Positions 62,201-64,000 of a stretch of 64,000 nt of DNA are shown piece after piece. The translations under genes and the position numbers were made by a program. How positions within the stretch are numbered: position 1 is the first letter of the stretch; every line of letters begins with the position of its first letter. The notes below the pieces were generated by a model that was not told the DNA's origin, did not search any database, and saw only the letters and a list, made by a program, of their open reading frames with translations. The DNA is from the human T2T-CHM13v2.0 reference genome, Homo sapiens, in the NCBI RefSeq assembly GCF_009914755.1, contig NC_060938.1, one strand, 5' to 3'.

Positions 62201-63824
62201 TTATTGAGAATTATACTGCCCAATCTTAGAAAAAGAAAAAGGCACAGAAAGCTTATTTAAATAATACAGTGTGTTGCTTAACAAGCTGGTACCAATTAAT
62301 CTTTTTGTGACTGCTTATGGAAAATGTGTTTTTTCTGCTCCATCAGCTCAGCATGCTAGTAAACACAAGTATCTCGAAAAAACAGTTGACACAAAATTAA
62401 GAGAAATACAGGTGGAAAACATTTCAGTTGTGGGCTGCATGGGAAGATTACACTAATTTGAGGGCAATTGCAAGTAATCCTTCCTTTGAATTTAGAAGCC
62501 TCAATTGACACCTCATTTTATAGTTTTTCAAGGTAAATTCTTTTTAATCTACTTTAATGAAGTTATTCAGATTTTCACATATAAAGTCAGTAGAGAACTA
62601 AGATACATTTTAGTGTTAAGCCATATTACAAATATTCTGCTTGAGAACAACTAAACTGCCTATAATTAGATTTACATCTAGGATATACAAAAAGATTTAA
62701 TTTTTATTACTCCATTCATCTTACATGGTTTCACTCTCTGCATTGTGAATTAAACAATTGAATAATATTCTCTTAAGGAGAATTAAATATAATAGTACTG
62801 TATGTCTCATAAAGTGTAAAATGTGGAGACATTTTTAAAAAGGATGAAAGAATGCATAAAAAGTCAAAAAAAAACACAAAATCGCACTTAATTACTTAAA
62901 CACAAACAAATATGTCAAGTGTTCAAGGGAGGGATAAAGTTCCATATAATCTTTAATTAAGTCTCAATAGTGATATGCCCAGCAAAGCTCTGGTTTCACT
63001 CTGAAATAGTAAAAGACAAATGTCAGTAGGTTAAAAAAAAAATTACCATTTACAACCAAAACTAAGTTCACTTGCATTTCTGAAAGTATTGAAATTGGTA
63101 TGGTTAGAATGCTACAATGAAACAGTTATGACACGCCCATGCAATTTTTCCAATAATTTACTATATCTTAAAAATACTGAAAAGAAATTTCCTATTATCA
63201 TTTGTTAAATTTATACCCTTGGAATCTATGAAATTATTTATGAGGTGGCTGAAATAGAATAAAACTATTAAATTGAACCACTTAACTGATTGAAGTTGGT
63301 CCTATAAAGTAATAGGATATAATTAATAATTAAATTGATAGTGTTGGTTTTGTGTGTTTTGGTCCCCAAATTATAAAAACTTTTGAAGACATAAGTTAAA
63401 ACCTTATACATCAACATTTCTAGGGCAAAAAAAAAAAAGAAAATCTAAGTCTAGCATTTGTAAGGTATCATCTCATTAGACTTGACTATTTTCAGCCTCC
63501 TACTGATGAATTCCAAACTGATTTTATATGTGCAATATTGGTCAGATCAATGATATCAAATTGTCTTTTACACAATCAAATATCGATGTATTTACAAGTT
63601 TAGGAAAGCAAATTCTAAATGTGCTTTATGTTGAAAAAATGCATAGGAGAGTGCATTCTAAGATAGATTCTATGAATTACCAGTTAATTAAATTTTTCAA
63701 AATGACAGTTTTAATAAATGGGTGATTAAATTTTTCTCAAGCATTAAAATGCTTATTGAATGTTAATGGAAACTGCATAGAGACTTTATTTTAAAACATT
63801 TTCCTTATCAACTGAATAAAAAAT

Positions 63825-64000
63825 AATTGATAACATGTTGGACAGTATGTGACAAAAGGTGAACCTCTGCTCACTATTAATGGGAATGCAAGTTGGTACA
63901 GCACCTATGGAAAACAGTACGGAAGTTCCTCAAAAAATTACAAATAGGACTACCATGTGATGCAGCAATCCTGATTTGGGGCATATATCCACAGGAAATA
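63825..64000 (+). mobile_element. L1M(A/B) ORF2 3' fragment, runs off the window
   Basis: tgggaatgcaagttggtacagc...tatggaaaacagtacggaagttcctcaaaaaatta...cagcaatcc. Confidence 0.85.

Overview
This is primate (human-like) nuclear DNA: AT-rich, CpG-poor, gene-poor and made mostly of interspersed repeats. I can support no intact protein-coding gene, RNA gene, CpG island or prokaryotic-type system. Main landmarks: (1) a 5.0 kb 5'-truncated L1PA4-like LINE-1 (24264-29260) with a clean TSD, nested in an older antisense L1M; (2) a near-full-length processed RPL18 pseudogene (32599-33238); (3) a decayed ERV-L pro/pol internal segment (~45920-47960); (4) an L1MA element with a twin-priming 5' inversion (56796-58715); (5) about 14 Alus or Alu fragments; (6) solo LTRs of the THE1 (x2), MLT1, MLT2 and MER21 families; and (7) a palindromic MER53. 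Nearly all ORFs in the supplied track are L1, Alu, LTR or ERV remnants, or chance ORFs. I found no credible previously undescribed biological system. The observations worth a second look are mutational or regulatory: three fold-back/templated insertions, a THE1 pair with one intact and one deleted DUX4 motif, a miR-1302-like arm in MER53, and a few strong splice sites in unique sequence that may belong to a non-coding transcript. Repeat subfamily names come from recalled consensus sequences, and boundaries of old repeats are approximate.
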